A stretch of 64,000 nt of DNA from a virus, in IMG/VR virus record IMGVR_UViG_3300020463_000013, positions 1 to 64,000 of that record. One strand, given 5' to 3'. The notes under the pieces were generated by a model. The model saw only the letters and a program-made list of their open reading frames with translations. It made no database searches and had not been told where the DNA came from. This document shows positions 28,475 through 37,637 of this stretch, piece by piece; position 1 is the stretch's first letter; each line of letters opens with the position of its first letter. The position numbers and the translations under genes were made by a program.

Positions 28475-29864
28475 TTACAAATGCCCATTCATTAAAAGAA
28501 GGAACAAGTAAAGGAAATGTAGTTTCGAAATTTGTACCTCTTCTTTTATCATATTCTGTAATATATTGTACAAAATTATATCTTGTTAGTTCTAATTCTT
28601 TAGGATCAGAAATATCTTGAAGTTCGCATATACTGTCGTATATTCTTTTTAACTTTATATTTTCTACAATTCTATCAATAGGGATTTCATCTGTTGCTTT
28701 AAGCACATAATAGTCTAACAGTTTTCTTGGAGCAATACGCATATCTAAAAATTTAGGATTTCTCACATATGCAAAATCCATTGATATATCTGCTCCAGTC
28801 GAATTCCTTAGTTTGTTTATATCAGGAATCATCAAATATAAAGAAGTAACACTTAACACATTCACTGCACACATAATACTAAGTCTTACTTTACGACAAC
28901 GTTTTAATAATTTTCTTAAATTATTTAACCATAGATTATAATCCATTCCAAAACGTATGTAATCATTTTGATCTCCTTTAGCTTCAGCACTAGTAAAGAT
29001 TGTAATTTCCTTGACAGAATTTGTATCTAGTAATAGATTTAATTTTTTTGTAAAAATTTTCCAGATATTACCAGGTGGGCAAGCATTTGTGTTAATTGCA
29101 AACTTTAAATTAGGCTGTGGATTTTCCAGTAGATAATCAATTACTTTTGATGTATGTTTGCTTAGTAATGGTTCGCCACCAGTAATACGAAAATCATGCA
29201 TGTGTTTTACAGCTTCCGGAAACCATTTCCAGAAAGCTTCAATATAAGGATTGTGTTCTTTTTCTAAATATTGTACTTCATCAGGATTAATAAATCCAAA
29301 TTCTCTGTTGTTGCCTTTATAATCTATAAACTTGTATGTGCCTTTTTGTTTAACTTCTTCTGTCCATTTACTACTAAATGCTGGTCCGCAATATGCACAT
29401 TTAAAATTACACACATTACTAAAACTTACTTCAACGTATTTAGGATAAATGTCTTCTGTTCCATCAGAATTAATTATTTCTTCTAAGTATGGCAAACTCC
29501 AAGAAGAAATGCTTTTTGTAACCCTATCACTAAAATGATCGCTGTTATCTTCTATACGCCAACAATAATCACATTCTACGGGACGCTCGCCATTAAGCAT
29601 CTCTCGTCTACGTTCTTTTTTAAATTCTGTATTATGTAATGCGCCAGGGTCTTTTTCTAGCTCATCTAATTTTATTTTATGTGCACCTACATGATGACAA
29701 CTATGTGTAATACCACTTCCTAAATGTGTAGTAACCTGTGTCCATTTGGCAAGACAAAATCCCGGACCTTTGGAATCTAATTTATCTTTTAAAAATTGTA
29801 GATTATCTGGGTCATGTATATCAACTCTGTTGTCCAGAAATCTTTTAAAATCTTTTTTGCTCAC
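28467..29864 (-). CDS. radical SAM protein with N-terminal Twitch/SPASM-like domain
   Basis: FCLAKW...SCHH...CDYC, CNFKCAYC, GGEP, YDKRRGTNF. Confidence 0.88.
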   Translation of the reverse strand: MSKKDFKRFLDNRVDIHDPDNLQFLKDKLDSKGPGFCLAKWTQVTTHLGSGITHSCHHVGAHKIKLDELEKDPGALHNTEFKKERRREMLNGERPVECDYCWRIEDNSDHFSDRVTKSISSWSLPYLEEIINSDGTEDIYPKYVEVSFSNVCNFKCAYCGPAFSSKWTEEVKQKGTYKFIDYKGNNREFGFINPDEVQYLEKEHNPYIEAFWKWFPEAVKHMHDFRITGGEPLLSKHTSKVIDYLLENPQPNLKFAINTNACPPGNIWKIFTKKLNLLLDTNSVKEITIFTSAEAKGDQNDYIRFGMDYNLWLNNLRKLLKRCRKVRLSIMCAVNVLSVTSLYLMIPDINKLRNSTGADISMDFAYVRNPKFLDMRIAPRKLLDYYVLKATDEIPIDRIVENIKLKRIYDSICELQDISDPKELELTRYNFVQYITEYDKRRGTNFETTFPLLVPSFNEWAFVNV

Positions 29865-30742
29865 CTAAATCTCCTAGAAGGAGGAGAATATACTGTTTTA
29901 AAAAATTTACTTTGTTCGTTATCTAATGCAGTTGTACTAATAGGAAGTCCTAGATCTTGTAATACTTTGCCATATTCAGCGATCATTTGTTCTACAGGTT
30001 TGTTTTTAATTTTTTCCCAATATTCATTAAGCCATTTAAAATCTCTTGTTACGGAATGATCCCAGTCTGTAGCTAATATCTTTTGGCAACCATCCCTAGC
30101 ACCCATAATAGTATACAAGCCATTGTTAACATCTGCACCAACATTTAACCAAACAAGTAATCTATGATAATTTTGCCACCAAGTGTCATTTTCAAGATCT
30201 TCTACTTTGGTACCCCTATTAAGTGACATCTTTACACCTTCTCTAAAACCTGCTCTCCAGGCTTGATGTGGTGTTGAACTTATAATACTAGTTGAAAAGT
30301 TTTCATTTAGTTGGTAGTAGTTGTCAAAATAACAAAACTCTATAAGTGTATCATCAGACCCGTCTGTATTTTCATGTGTCTTCATGTTAGCAACAAAGTC
30401 TTTGGTCCACATCTTTAAACTTCCGTTGCCATATTTCAAACCATTCACATCAATATTACCACACCAACTAAACTGGTAATCATCATTTACACCTAATATA
30501 TCTAGATCTAACACAACATTTAAAAATTCTGGATCTATTACAGTATCACCATCAACTGTGACGAAGTGTTTAGTTTCTGATAAGTCTGCACAGGCTTTAT
30601 GTGCGGCATCAGAACCTTCTACTCCATGCACTCTTTTAGCATAAGGAACTTTAGTAAGTAAATCCGCATAATTCTTTTCCGCATTAGGCTCATCATATGA
30701 AAGAAAAACAATATCACAGTCTTGTACTTTTATTTTATTCAA
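29861..30742 (-). CDS. GT-A fold glycosyltransferase
   Basis: IVFLSYDEP, VHGVEG..AH, VDGD, YGNG, WRAGFREG. Confidence 0.7.
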   Translation of the reverse strand: MNKIKVQDCDIVFLSYDEPNAEKNYADLLTKVPYAKRVHGVEGSDAAHKACADLSETKHFVTVDGDTVIDPEFLNVVLDLDILGVNDDYQFSWCGNIDVNGLKYGNGSLKMWTKDFVANMKTHENTDGSDDTLIEFCYFDNYYQLNENFSTSIISSTPHQAWRAGFREGVKMSLNRGTKVEDLENDTWWQNYHRLLVWLNVGADVNNGLYTIMGARDGCQKILATDWDHSVTRDFKWLNEYWEKIKNKPVEQMIAEYGKVLQDLGLPISTTALDNEQSKFFKTVYSPPSRRFR

Positions 30743-31247
30743 TTGTTTCTCCTATAAGATGATAGTAGCTTTGCATGTCTGGTTGTGTGATAATTTTACA
30801 ATCAGAAAAATATTTTGCATCAAATTTTAAAGTTTTATCAAAAAAATCTTCAAATCTACATTCCAAAGTACACAACAATTTGTTAGAATTATTTACATCA
30901 GTAACAAAAAACTTTTTATAAGTCTGAGATGGTGGAAATTTATCCTTAAAAGTATGTGTAATGCTAAAACTTTTTTGTTTATGGTCTTGAATTATGTATA
31001 TACTATTTGCAATACGTTCGGTCGTTTTGCTTATTGTAAAAATGTTTGCAGATACACTTTCTTTTTTGTCTTTTTTTTCTAATACATAATCTTGTTTTTT
31101 TACTACTATGTAATCATCAATGTTCTCAGTACATTCAGCAAACTTCGTATACATTTCTGCACTTATTTCTAAGTATTCGAATTTATCATCAAGTTCATTA
31201 GTAATCTTAACTACTTTACCTTCAGTATTATAACCTACATATAACAT
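30735..31247 (-). CDS. hypothetical protein
   Basis: 170-aa ORF translationally coupled within the operon. Confidence 0.65.
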   Translation of the reverse strand: MLYVGYNTEGKVVKITNELDDKFEYLEISAEMYTKFAECTENIDDYIVVKKQDYVLEKKDKKESVSANIFTISKTTERIANSIYIIQDHKQKSFSITHTFKDKFPPSQTYKKFFVTDVNNSNKLLCTLECRFEDFFDKTLKFDAKYFSDCKIITQPDMQSYYHLIGETIE

Positions 31248-32053
31248 TATTTTAAATGCTCCAACAATTTGTCTGTAAGAAATTCGTCTTCTACATAATG
31301 TAACACACCTTTTTGTGTAAAATTACCCAAATATATATAGTCGTCTAAATATATATCAAGATAATCTGTCCATTTTTCAGGAACATTCTCCCAATGCTGT
31401 GCGTGTGGTTTCATATGTGTGAAAGTTAATGGTGTTTTTATGTCAGGTAAACCTAAAATCTTGTAAGCAATAGCACAATTAAGATCAAAACTTTGCCATG
31501 TTTGTTTTTTCTTAGGAGAAAACATGCGATAAAACTCTTGCCAGTTTTTAGAAATTATTTCAACTAGGGTAAAAAATTCTTTTGCAATATCACACTTTTT
31601 AAAATAGTAAAGTCCGCTATATAAATTTGGTAAATTATTTGCAACAAATGTTTTTCTATAATAATTAGTTGTTACAGCATCACCTCTATAAGTTATTACA
31701 TCTGTTGTAAAAGCAATAGCATGATTGTAACATCTGTACCACCAATCTTTTATATTTTCTAAAATAAGCATATCAGCATCCATTACAATAGTATATTCAT
31801 ATGGCGATAAATGATATATTTTCCATCTATTTTCTATTTTCCAATCACTATTCTTAGCAAGATTGCCCCATGGTATAGGAATAATCTTATCAAATGCATG
31901 CATGTATTCATCCGGAACAGCATCATCTGTAATAAGACTGACATTTTCATTATTGTGTTTATGAATACTTATTGCTAGAGCATATGCTTGTTTTATATAA
32001 TCTGTTTTATGATTATTTTCTGCGAGTATACAAAATCCTCTATTCATTTGCAA
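31247..32053 (-). CDS. GT-A (GT8-like) glycosyltransferase
   Basis: YIKQAYALA, SPYEYTIVMDADM (DxD), FTHMK; start may be 32047. Confidence 0.65.
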   Translation of the reverse strand: MQMNRGFCILAENNHKTDYIKQAYALAISIHKHNNENVSLITDDAVPDEYMHAFDKIIPIPWGNLAKNSDWKIENRWKIYHLSPYEYTIVMDADMLILENIKDWWYRCYNHAIAFTTDVITYRGDAVTTNYYRKTFVANNLPNLYSGLYYFKKCDIAKEFFTLVEIISKNWQEFYRMFSPKKKQTWQSFDLNCAIAYKILGLPDIKTPLTFTHMKPHAQHWENVPEKWTDYLDIYLDDYIYLGNFTQKGVLHYVEDEFLTDKLLEHLK

Positions 32054-32879
32054 AATCCTTGTCGATATATCTATCTAAACTAAATTTATTCATAACGTGT
32101 ATATCAGAACCTTTAATACTTGCTGGTATAACATCTCTTTTATCCTGTAACAATATACTAAATGTGTCATCATTTATATCTAACAGCGTGTCTCTGTCAG
32201 TAATCATATACAATGTAGGCATAACTTTAGGCCAAGCTACAGTTTTATGGTTTGATAAAATATGCATAGCAATACTAAATGCAAAATCATTTCTATAAGT
32301 ATTTGACACAATGTTATATAACAGTTTATAATAACTCCAATTGTCTCTAATAAATTGTATAAGATTAAAAAGTGTTTGTGTTTTATAATTTTTTGTAAAA
32401 TAAAACACTGTTGCCCAATACATAGGAATACTTGTGTTGCTTACAAGTAATTCGGGTGTGTTATCTCTAGTTGTATTCAAATCAAAAGCATATCGATTGA
32501 TCATAAAATCGTAGCGGCTGTCAAAACAATTTAACACAGATGCACTACTGAGAATAAAATCTGTATCTATTACAAGAGTTTGATCATAAGGTGTAATATC
32601 AAAACACGAAGCTCTAGAAAAATTCTTCCAAGTAGCATCTATATAAGATTCTCCATCATAAAACTTTTTTTGTTGTGTTTCACTAGATGCTTCTGTGGTA
32701 ATAATTTTATCAATGTATTTTGTGTAGAATTTATATTTTTCTAAATGCTGAGAACTATCTGTAACAAGTGTAACATCTAAATTTGTATATTTTTTTACAC
32801 GTTTAGCACAAAAAATTGCTTGTTTTATATAATCAACCTGTTCATTATTATTAGCAAAAAGCAGTACGCCTTTGGTCAT
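32040..32879 (-). CDS. GT-A (GT8-like) glycosyltransferase (paralogue)
   Basis: YIKQA, TPYDQTLVIDTDF (DxD), RNDFAFSIA, HVMNK. Confidence 0.65.
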   Translation of the reverse strand: MTKGVLLFANNNEQVDYIKQAIFCAKRVKKYTNLDVTLVTDSSQHLEKYKFYTKYIDKIITTEASSETQQKKFYDGESYIDATWKNFSRASCFDITPYDQTLVIDTDFILSSASVLNCFDSRYDFMINRYAFDLNTTRDNTPELLVSNTSIPMYWATVFYFTKNYKTQTLFNLIQFIRDNWSYYKLLYNIVSNTYRNDFAFSIAMHILSNHKTVAWPKVMPTLYMITDRDTLLDINDDTFSILLQDKRDVIPASIKGSDIHVMNKFSLDRYIDKDFANE

Positions 32880-33220
32880 TGATCTAATAACCCTTTAACA
32901 GTTTTATCATTTTTAAAATTTTGATATTTAATGATATAATTATTTGTACTTTGCACATATACATCGACAATGTTATCAATAAATTCTTGTGCATTTTCTA
33001 TTTCTACCGGAGTTTTATTGCTATCTAACAGAACCAAAGGCTTTTCCTTTGCAAGCATAAAATTACAAAATGAAATTAGTTCGGGAGTAACTTCAAAAGC
33101 ATAACCATTTTCATAATGATAACATGTATCTTGATATTGCTTGTAAAGGATATTTTTTTGATTGTCCAGAGTTTGAGAATAATTTGCAAACTCTAATGCT
33201 TTTTGTAACTGTGATTCCAT
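32876..33220 (-). CDS. hypothetical protein
   Basis: AGGAGG SD; first gene of the minus-strand GT operon. Confidence 0.7.
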   Translation of the reverse strand: MESQLQKALEFANYSQTLDNQKNILYKQYQDTCYHYENGYAFEVTPELISFCNFMLAKEKPLVLLDSNKTPVEIENAQEFIDNIVDVYVQSTNNYIIKYQNFKNDKTVKGLLDQ

Positions 33221-33239
33221 ATAATCCTCCTATAGTGTA

Positions 33240-33268
33240 AGTATACAGGAAGCTCTTATAAAAGTCAA
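33240..33268 (-). promoter_or_regulatory. sigma70-type promoter for GT operon
   Basis: Minus strand TTGACT-N17-TATACT. Confidence 0.7.
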
Positions 33269-33271
33269 GTA

Positions 33272-34114
33272 TTAAAATGTGGCTTGGTTTGTGAAACTAG
33301 GTGCGTTTAAAGATACATTTGAACCAGATGCTCTTAAGTATTGCACATTACTAGTAAGTGTACCGTCTACGTTTTCATCGTATTGTGGATTGGCACCTTT
33401 ATCATCATTAAAATATATTCTAAATTGAATGGCGCCGGATTGATTTCTTGCTTGTACAGTATAATCGTTAGCCGCATACACACCTGAACCAGTTTTTGTA
33501 AATATTTGTTGGTAGCTTCCAGTTAAATCTTGTTGACCAATACTAGTATCTGTGCCTGATCCTGTAGAAGTTGTTTGTGTGTAATTCATAATTATAGTAC
33601 CCATGTTAGACAACATGTTACGCCAGTCAATATTAATTGAAGAAGAACCTCCAGACTGACTTGCAGTGAATCTAATTTGGCCACCTGCATTAAAAAACTG
33701 TGTTCTAGCAGTGTCAGAACCAAAAGACACAAGCACTCTATGTTCTAGTGTTCCGTTCCAAGCACTAGTTCTGTTATCTGATATTCCGGCGTCTATAGTA
33801 AACTGTCCGGCTCCTATTAGGTACTTGTTAGTTTCAACCGTTGTCATTACACCAGCATAATCATTCAAGTGTGAAGCAAGAATTGTATCTCCTTCGTCAA
33901 CATCAATAATAGTAGGATTAGAACCTTGTTGATGTGCATATGCTTTAGATATATCTGTTCTTAGGTTATCTAATTGTTCATCAGTGATTGTATTACCAAC
34001 TGCAACCTGTCCACTTAACAAACTTTGACCATAGTCTGTATTCATTATTGTATTGATTCGGCTTTGTACTGTATTATAATCATTTGCTGTAATTATTGCA
34101 TTTTGGACGGGCAT
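33272..34114 (-). CDS. virion structural / fibre-associated protein
   Basis: G/T/S/N-rich, FFNAGGQIRF, end of tail module, AGGAG SD. Confidence 0.6.
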   Translation of the reverse strand: MPVQNAIITANDYNTVQSRINTIMNTDYGQSLLSGQVAVGNTITDEQLDNLRTDISKAYAHQQGSNPTIIDVDEGDTILASHLNDYAGVMTTVETNKYLIGAGQFTIDAGISDNRTSAWNGTLEHRVLVSFGSDTARTQFFNAGGQIRFTASQSGGSSSINIDWRNMLSNMGTIIMNYTQTTSTGSGTDTSIGQQDLTGSYQQIFTKTGSGVYAANDYTVQARNQSGAIQFRIYFNDDKGANPQYDENVDGTLTSNVQYLRASGSNVSLNAPSFTNQATF

Positions 34115-34135
34115 ATAAATCTCCTATGTTGTTCT

Positions 34136-34164
34136 ATTATAGTACAAAAAATAATTGATGTCAA
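34136..34164 (-). promoter_or_regulatory. perfect-consensus sigma70 promoter
   Basis: Minus strand TTGACA-N17-TATAAT. Confidence 0.8.
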
Positions 34165-34183
34165 CACTTTTATTAACTATGTA

Positions 34184-34191
34184 TATTTATA
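34184..34191 (-). promoter_or_regulatory. T4 late promoter consensus
   Basis: Minus strand TATAAATA overlapping the upstream stop codon. Confidence 0.65.
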
Positions 34192-35686
34192 CCTTTAAAA
34201 CACATTCGATAAGTTTTTCCGAGTCGTCATTGCTTGATTCTAAAGCAATACCTACCATAGCGGTTGTTTGTATTGTAGAACAAACACCATCGGCCCATGC
34301 ATATATAGCTTGCCCTTTTTCAACAACACCCTTTACTTTGACAGGTACACGCCCTTTAAGTGCAATGTATTGTCCATCAGCATCACTATTCATCATTAGT
34401 CCAGGGTCTGTTGATACAACACCTATACAAATATCGCTTGCCTTTGCAGGAGCAACTTCGTGATCTTCATGTGTGCATACTGCTACTGCTGTGCCTGGTT
34501 GTAAATCACCTTCGGATGTATATTTTTCTGCAAGGTCAGCAAATCTAGAACTTGTTGCAACACCGTCAAATATGTTTGCATTAATATTTCCACTTGCACT
34601 TCTACAAGCAATAGTGTTTGGTAGTGTCGTCGTTACAGATGCTTGTCTGTAACTTGCTCCATCAACTTGTAAAGTGTTTGCTTGTGTGGCCGTCCCAGTA
34701 AATGTTGTAGCAAATACGTTGTTAAATGCGGCTGAAGAAGAACCTATTGTAACTGTTTGCAAACTATTGTCTGACTGTAATCCTGGAAGTAAAGCAAGTG
34801 TAGCATCTGCTTGTACTCGTAAAATATTCTGTGTAATACCGCTAAGAGGTTTTGCACTTAGTTTAATAGTTTTACCTACTTCGTTTGCAATACTACCTTC
34901 ATTATCATTTATAATTTTAATTTTTAGATCACTACTGTCACCTATAGCAATACCTACATCTGCAAAACTTGTTAAAGTAGTAAATGATGCAGAACCTGTT
35001 TGCACAAAGTTTGCCGCTTCAACACCACCTAGCTTGTCAGCATTTGTTGCTGTACCATGAAATCTATGAGCAGTAGTTGTAACACCATCTGCACTATTTT
35101 GCGTATTTTTAAGAGTTACACCTCTTCTAATTACATCAAAACCTGTAATGGCATTTTCAGCGTCAGTTGAATCTATAGTAAATTGTATAGCACTTATTGC
35201 AAATATTACTTCGTCATTTACAGTTGCCGCTATGATAGATCTATTTGTTCCGCCATCATCTCGCACAGTCTTTGATTGCATTTGGGTAATACCAGATCCT
35301 GCATCCTGTGGACCAATTAAAATAAAATCTGTTCCGTTATAGGCATATAATTGTTCGTTACCAGTATCCCACCAAAAGTCGCCTGCTTTTAAGCCAGCGG
35401 GGGCACTTGCACCGACTTCAGCACCACCTGTGGTACGCCATTTTGTTCCATCATAAAATTTTAGCTTACTATTTCCGCTATCAAACCACATCTGTCCTGA
35501 AATTGCTTTAGGTGGAGCATTAGCACCACTAAAGTTTTCTAGCAAAAATACAAAATTTTCATTTTGTATTTCACCGTAACCTGCATAGTTTTTACCAACT
35601 AATTTAAGGTCTGTAGTTTGATCTAAAGTACCGTCTTCGACTGTACTCAGTGTTGCATTGTTGTATCTGTTTATCGTATATGCCAT
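34187..35686 (-). CDS. tail fibre with C-terminal autocleaving chaperone-like domain
   Basis: Shared N-terminal ENF.FLLENFS domain; FADLAEKY...GRVPVKV resembles peptidase G2/IMC. Confidence 0.7.
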   Translation of the reverse strand: MAYTINRYNNATLSTVEDGTLDQTTDLKLVGKNYAGYGEIQNENFVFLLENFSGANAPPKAISGQMWFDSGNSKLKFYDGTKWRTTGGAEVGASAPAGLKAGDFWWDTGNEQLYAYNGTDFILIGPQDAGSGITQMQSKTVRDDGGTNRSIIAATVNDEVIFAISAIQFTIDSTDAENAITGFDVIRRGVTLKNTQNSADGVTTTAHRFHGTATNADKLGGVEAANFVQTGSASFTTLTSFADVGIAIGDSSDLKIKIINDNEGSIANEVGKTIKLSAKPLSGITQNILRVQADATLALLPGLQSDNSLQTVTIGSSSAAFNNVFATTFTGTATQANTLQVDGASYRQASVTTTLPNTIACRSASGNINANIFDGVATSSRFADLAEKYTSEGDLQPGTAVAVCTHEDHEVAPAKASDICIGVVSTDPGLMMNSDADGQYIALKGRVPVKVKGVVEKGQAIYAWADGVCSTIQTTAMVGIALESSNDDSEKLIECVLKV

Positions 35687-35709
35687 TTCTTATAACCCCT
35701 AATACAATG

Positions 35710-35716
35710 TATTTAT
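35710..35716 (-). promoter_or_regulatory. T4-late-like promoter element
   Basis: ATAAATA upstream of start 35686. Confidence 0.55.
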
Positions 35717-35720
35717 TCGT

Positions 35721-37637
35721 TTATGGTGTATATGTTGTCGTGCTTGTATGTGTCCATGCTCCTCCAGATACAGTATACACCATAGTGTATCTATTGGGAG
35801 TCAGTGTAGCTGAACCACTTGCTGTACTAAACGTTACATCTTGTACAACAGACTGTGCGTTTACCACATTATTTTTATCAACACTAACTGTAGATTTGCT
35901 CATAGCCGCATTAATGTTAATACCGCTAACCGTTGCAGAACTATAGTCAACAGCGTGAATAACAGCTTTTGCACCATTAGTCAACGTTTTTGTTCCAGCT
36001 GTGTACATTGCTGTAAGTATAGCAATTACATCGTTAACAGGTCCGTTACCTGTACCAGGCGGATTTGGTCCTGTTAAGCCTGTGATATCTAAACTAAAAA
36101 CTATAGGTTCAGTTTCGATTGCATTATCAGCATACCCTTTTGTAACTACATGACTATCAGCTGTAGGTGTTGCAACACCTGTAATTTTTTGTGAATTGAC
36201 AGCTATGTCTCCACTTGTTGATATTGATAATCCTGTACTAGATGTGATAGTACTGCCATCTATATTCACATCATCAACGTCTAATTGTGTAAGTGTACCT
36301 AACCTTGTTACTCCTGTTGCTTGTGTAACAGTGTTATGTAGTTCTGTTTCGGAAAGTTTTTTTACACCCTTAATAAAATAAGCCGGATTACCTAAATAAT
36401 CTGTTGATGCAATATCAACGTTTTGGTTAAATGTCCAACTTTTTGTTGCATTTCTCCAAACTAAATCTTTAGATCCAGTTTGACTATTTAAAACCATTCC
36501 ACCATTGTCTATTGCGGCATCAGTAGGCAACGTACTATCACTAGTTATTGCTAACTGTAACTGTTTTCCTTCAATACTAAAATTAGAAACATCAAATGCA
36601 AGTGTTGAACCTTTAACAGTTAAGTTTCCGCCAACTTCAAAATTGCCGCTGATTACTCCGTCTCCGGTTATGTCTATCGCCGCACTAGGATCTGCATTGA
36701 AAAATCCTATAAATTTATTTGTTGAATCTATAGTCAAAGCACTGCTTGTAGAGTTTCCTACACGTATCCTAAAATCAATATCTGTACCACCTAGTTGATT
36801 TTCGAACACTGTTGTATTTCCGTCAACTTTAATAGCATGGTATTTACTATCACCAACACCTATTGCAAGTCCGCCACTGTTTTTTACAAACAAGCTACCT
36901 GTCATGTTTTGGTTGCCAGTTGTAGCTACAAATTTTGTAAAATCATATTTTGTTCCGGCACCATCTACTAATGCTTCAGCTGTATCTGCTGTACCGTTAT
37001 ATTTGTAAACTTCACCTGTAGGATTTACAGGATTAAAACCAATTTTAATTAACTGACGTTGTGGTGTTTGTGTATCATTAGCATCAACAGGATAACCTTG
37101 TATTTCAAAATTGTTTCCTGGACGAAATTGTACACGCGAATGAACACCTGCAAGCACTCCGCCTACAAATAATTTTAATACAGTTCTTGTAACGTTTCCG
37201 TCGTCTACTATGCTATCTGCTTCAAAGCCGGTTTTACCTTGACGCTGTGTATACATTGGTCCTACAAGAACTAAATCAGTGCCATCATAAAAATATAACC
37301 TATTTTTTGCATCATCAATCCATAAATCTCCAGCAACCATATTGTTTGGCTCTTGGTTACTTACAATTGGTCCGCCGGCAACTTTCCAGTCAGTGCCGTT
37401 AAATAATTTTAATCTTGCATCTGATGTATCGTACCAAAGCTGTCCTTTCAAAGGATTTGTAGGAGCACTAGAGCTTGAAAAATTTTCAAGAATTTTAATA
37501 TAATTTTCATTTATAAATTCACCAAATCCTTTGTAGTTTCTTCCAACAAGTGTTATATCTGTACTTGTATTGTCAATAGCACCGTCTACAAGTGTAACTA
37601 AAAGTGTTCCGTCGGTTTTATTTAAGATATAACTCAT
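35721..37637 (-). CDS. tail fibre / baseplate-associated protein
   Basis: ENYIKILENFS...GQLWYD domain shared with both neighbours; VTKGYAD fibre motif. Confidence 0.7.
   Translation of the reverse strand: MSYILNKTDGTLLVTLVDGAIDNTSTDITLVGRNYKGFGEFINENYIKILENFSSSSAPTNPLKGQLWYDTSDARLKLFNGTDWKVAGGPIVSNQEPNNMVAGDLWIDDAKNRLYFYDGTDLVLVGPMYTQRQGKTGFEADSIVDDGNVTRTVLKLFVGGVLAGVHSRVQFRPGNNFEIQGYPVDANDTQTPQRQLIKIGFNPVNPTGEVYKYNGTADTAEALVDGAGTKYDFTKFVATTGNQNMTGSLFVKNSGGLAIGVGDSKYHAIKVDGNTTVFENQLGGTDIDFRIRVGNSTSSALTIDSTNKFIGFFNADPSAAIDITGDGVISGNFEVGGNLTVKGSTLAFDVSNFSIEGKQLQLAITSDSTLPTDAAIDNGGMVLNSQTGSKDLVWRNATKSWTFNQNVDIASTDYLGNPAYFIKGVKKLSETELHNTVTQATGVTRLGTLTQLDVDDVNIDGSTITSSTGLSISTSGDIAVNSQKITGVATPTADSHVVTKGYADNAIETEPIVFSLDITGLTGPNPPGTGNGPVNDVIAILTAMYTAGTKTLTNGAKAVIHAVDYSSATVSGININAAMSKSTVSVDKNNVVNAQSVVQDVTFSTASGSATLTPNRYTMVYTVSGGAWTHTSTTTYTP

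Noticed and set aside
4182-33220. Classical RiPP cluster with a separate precursor peptide
   Set aside because: Intergenic gaps leave almost no room, and no precursor, RRE, protease or exporter was recognised
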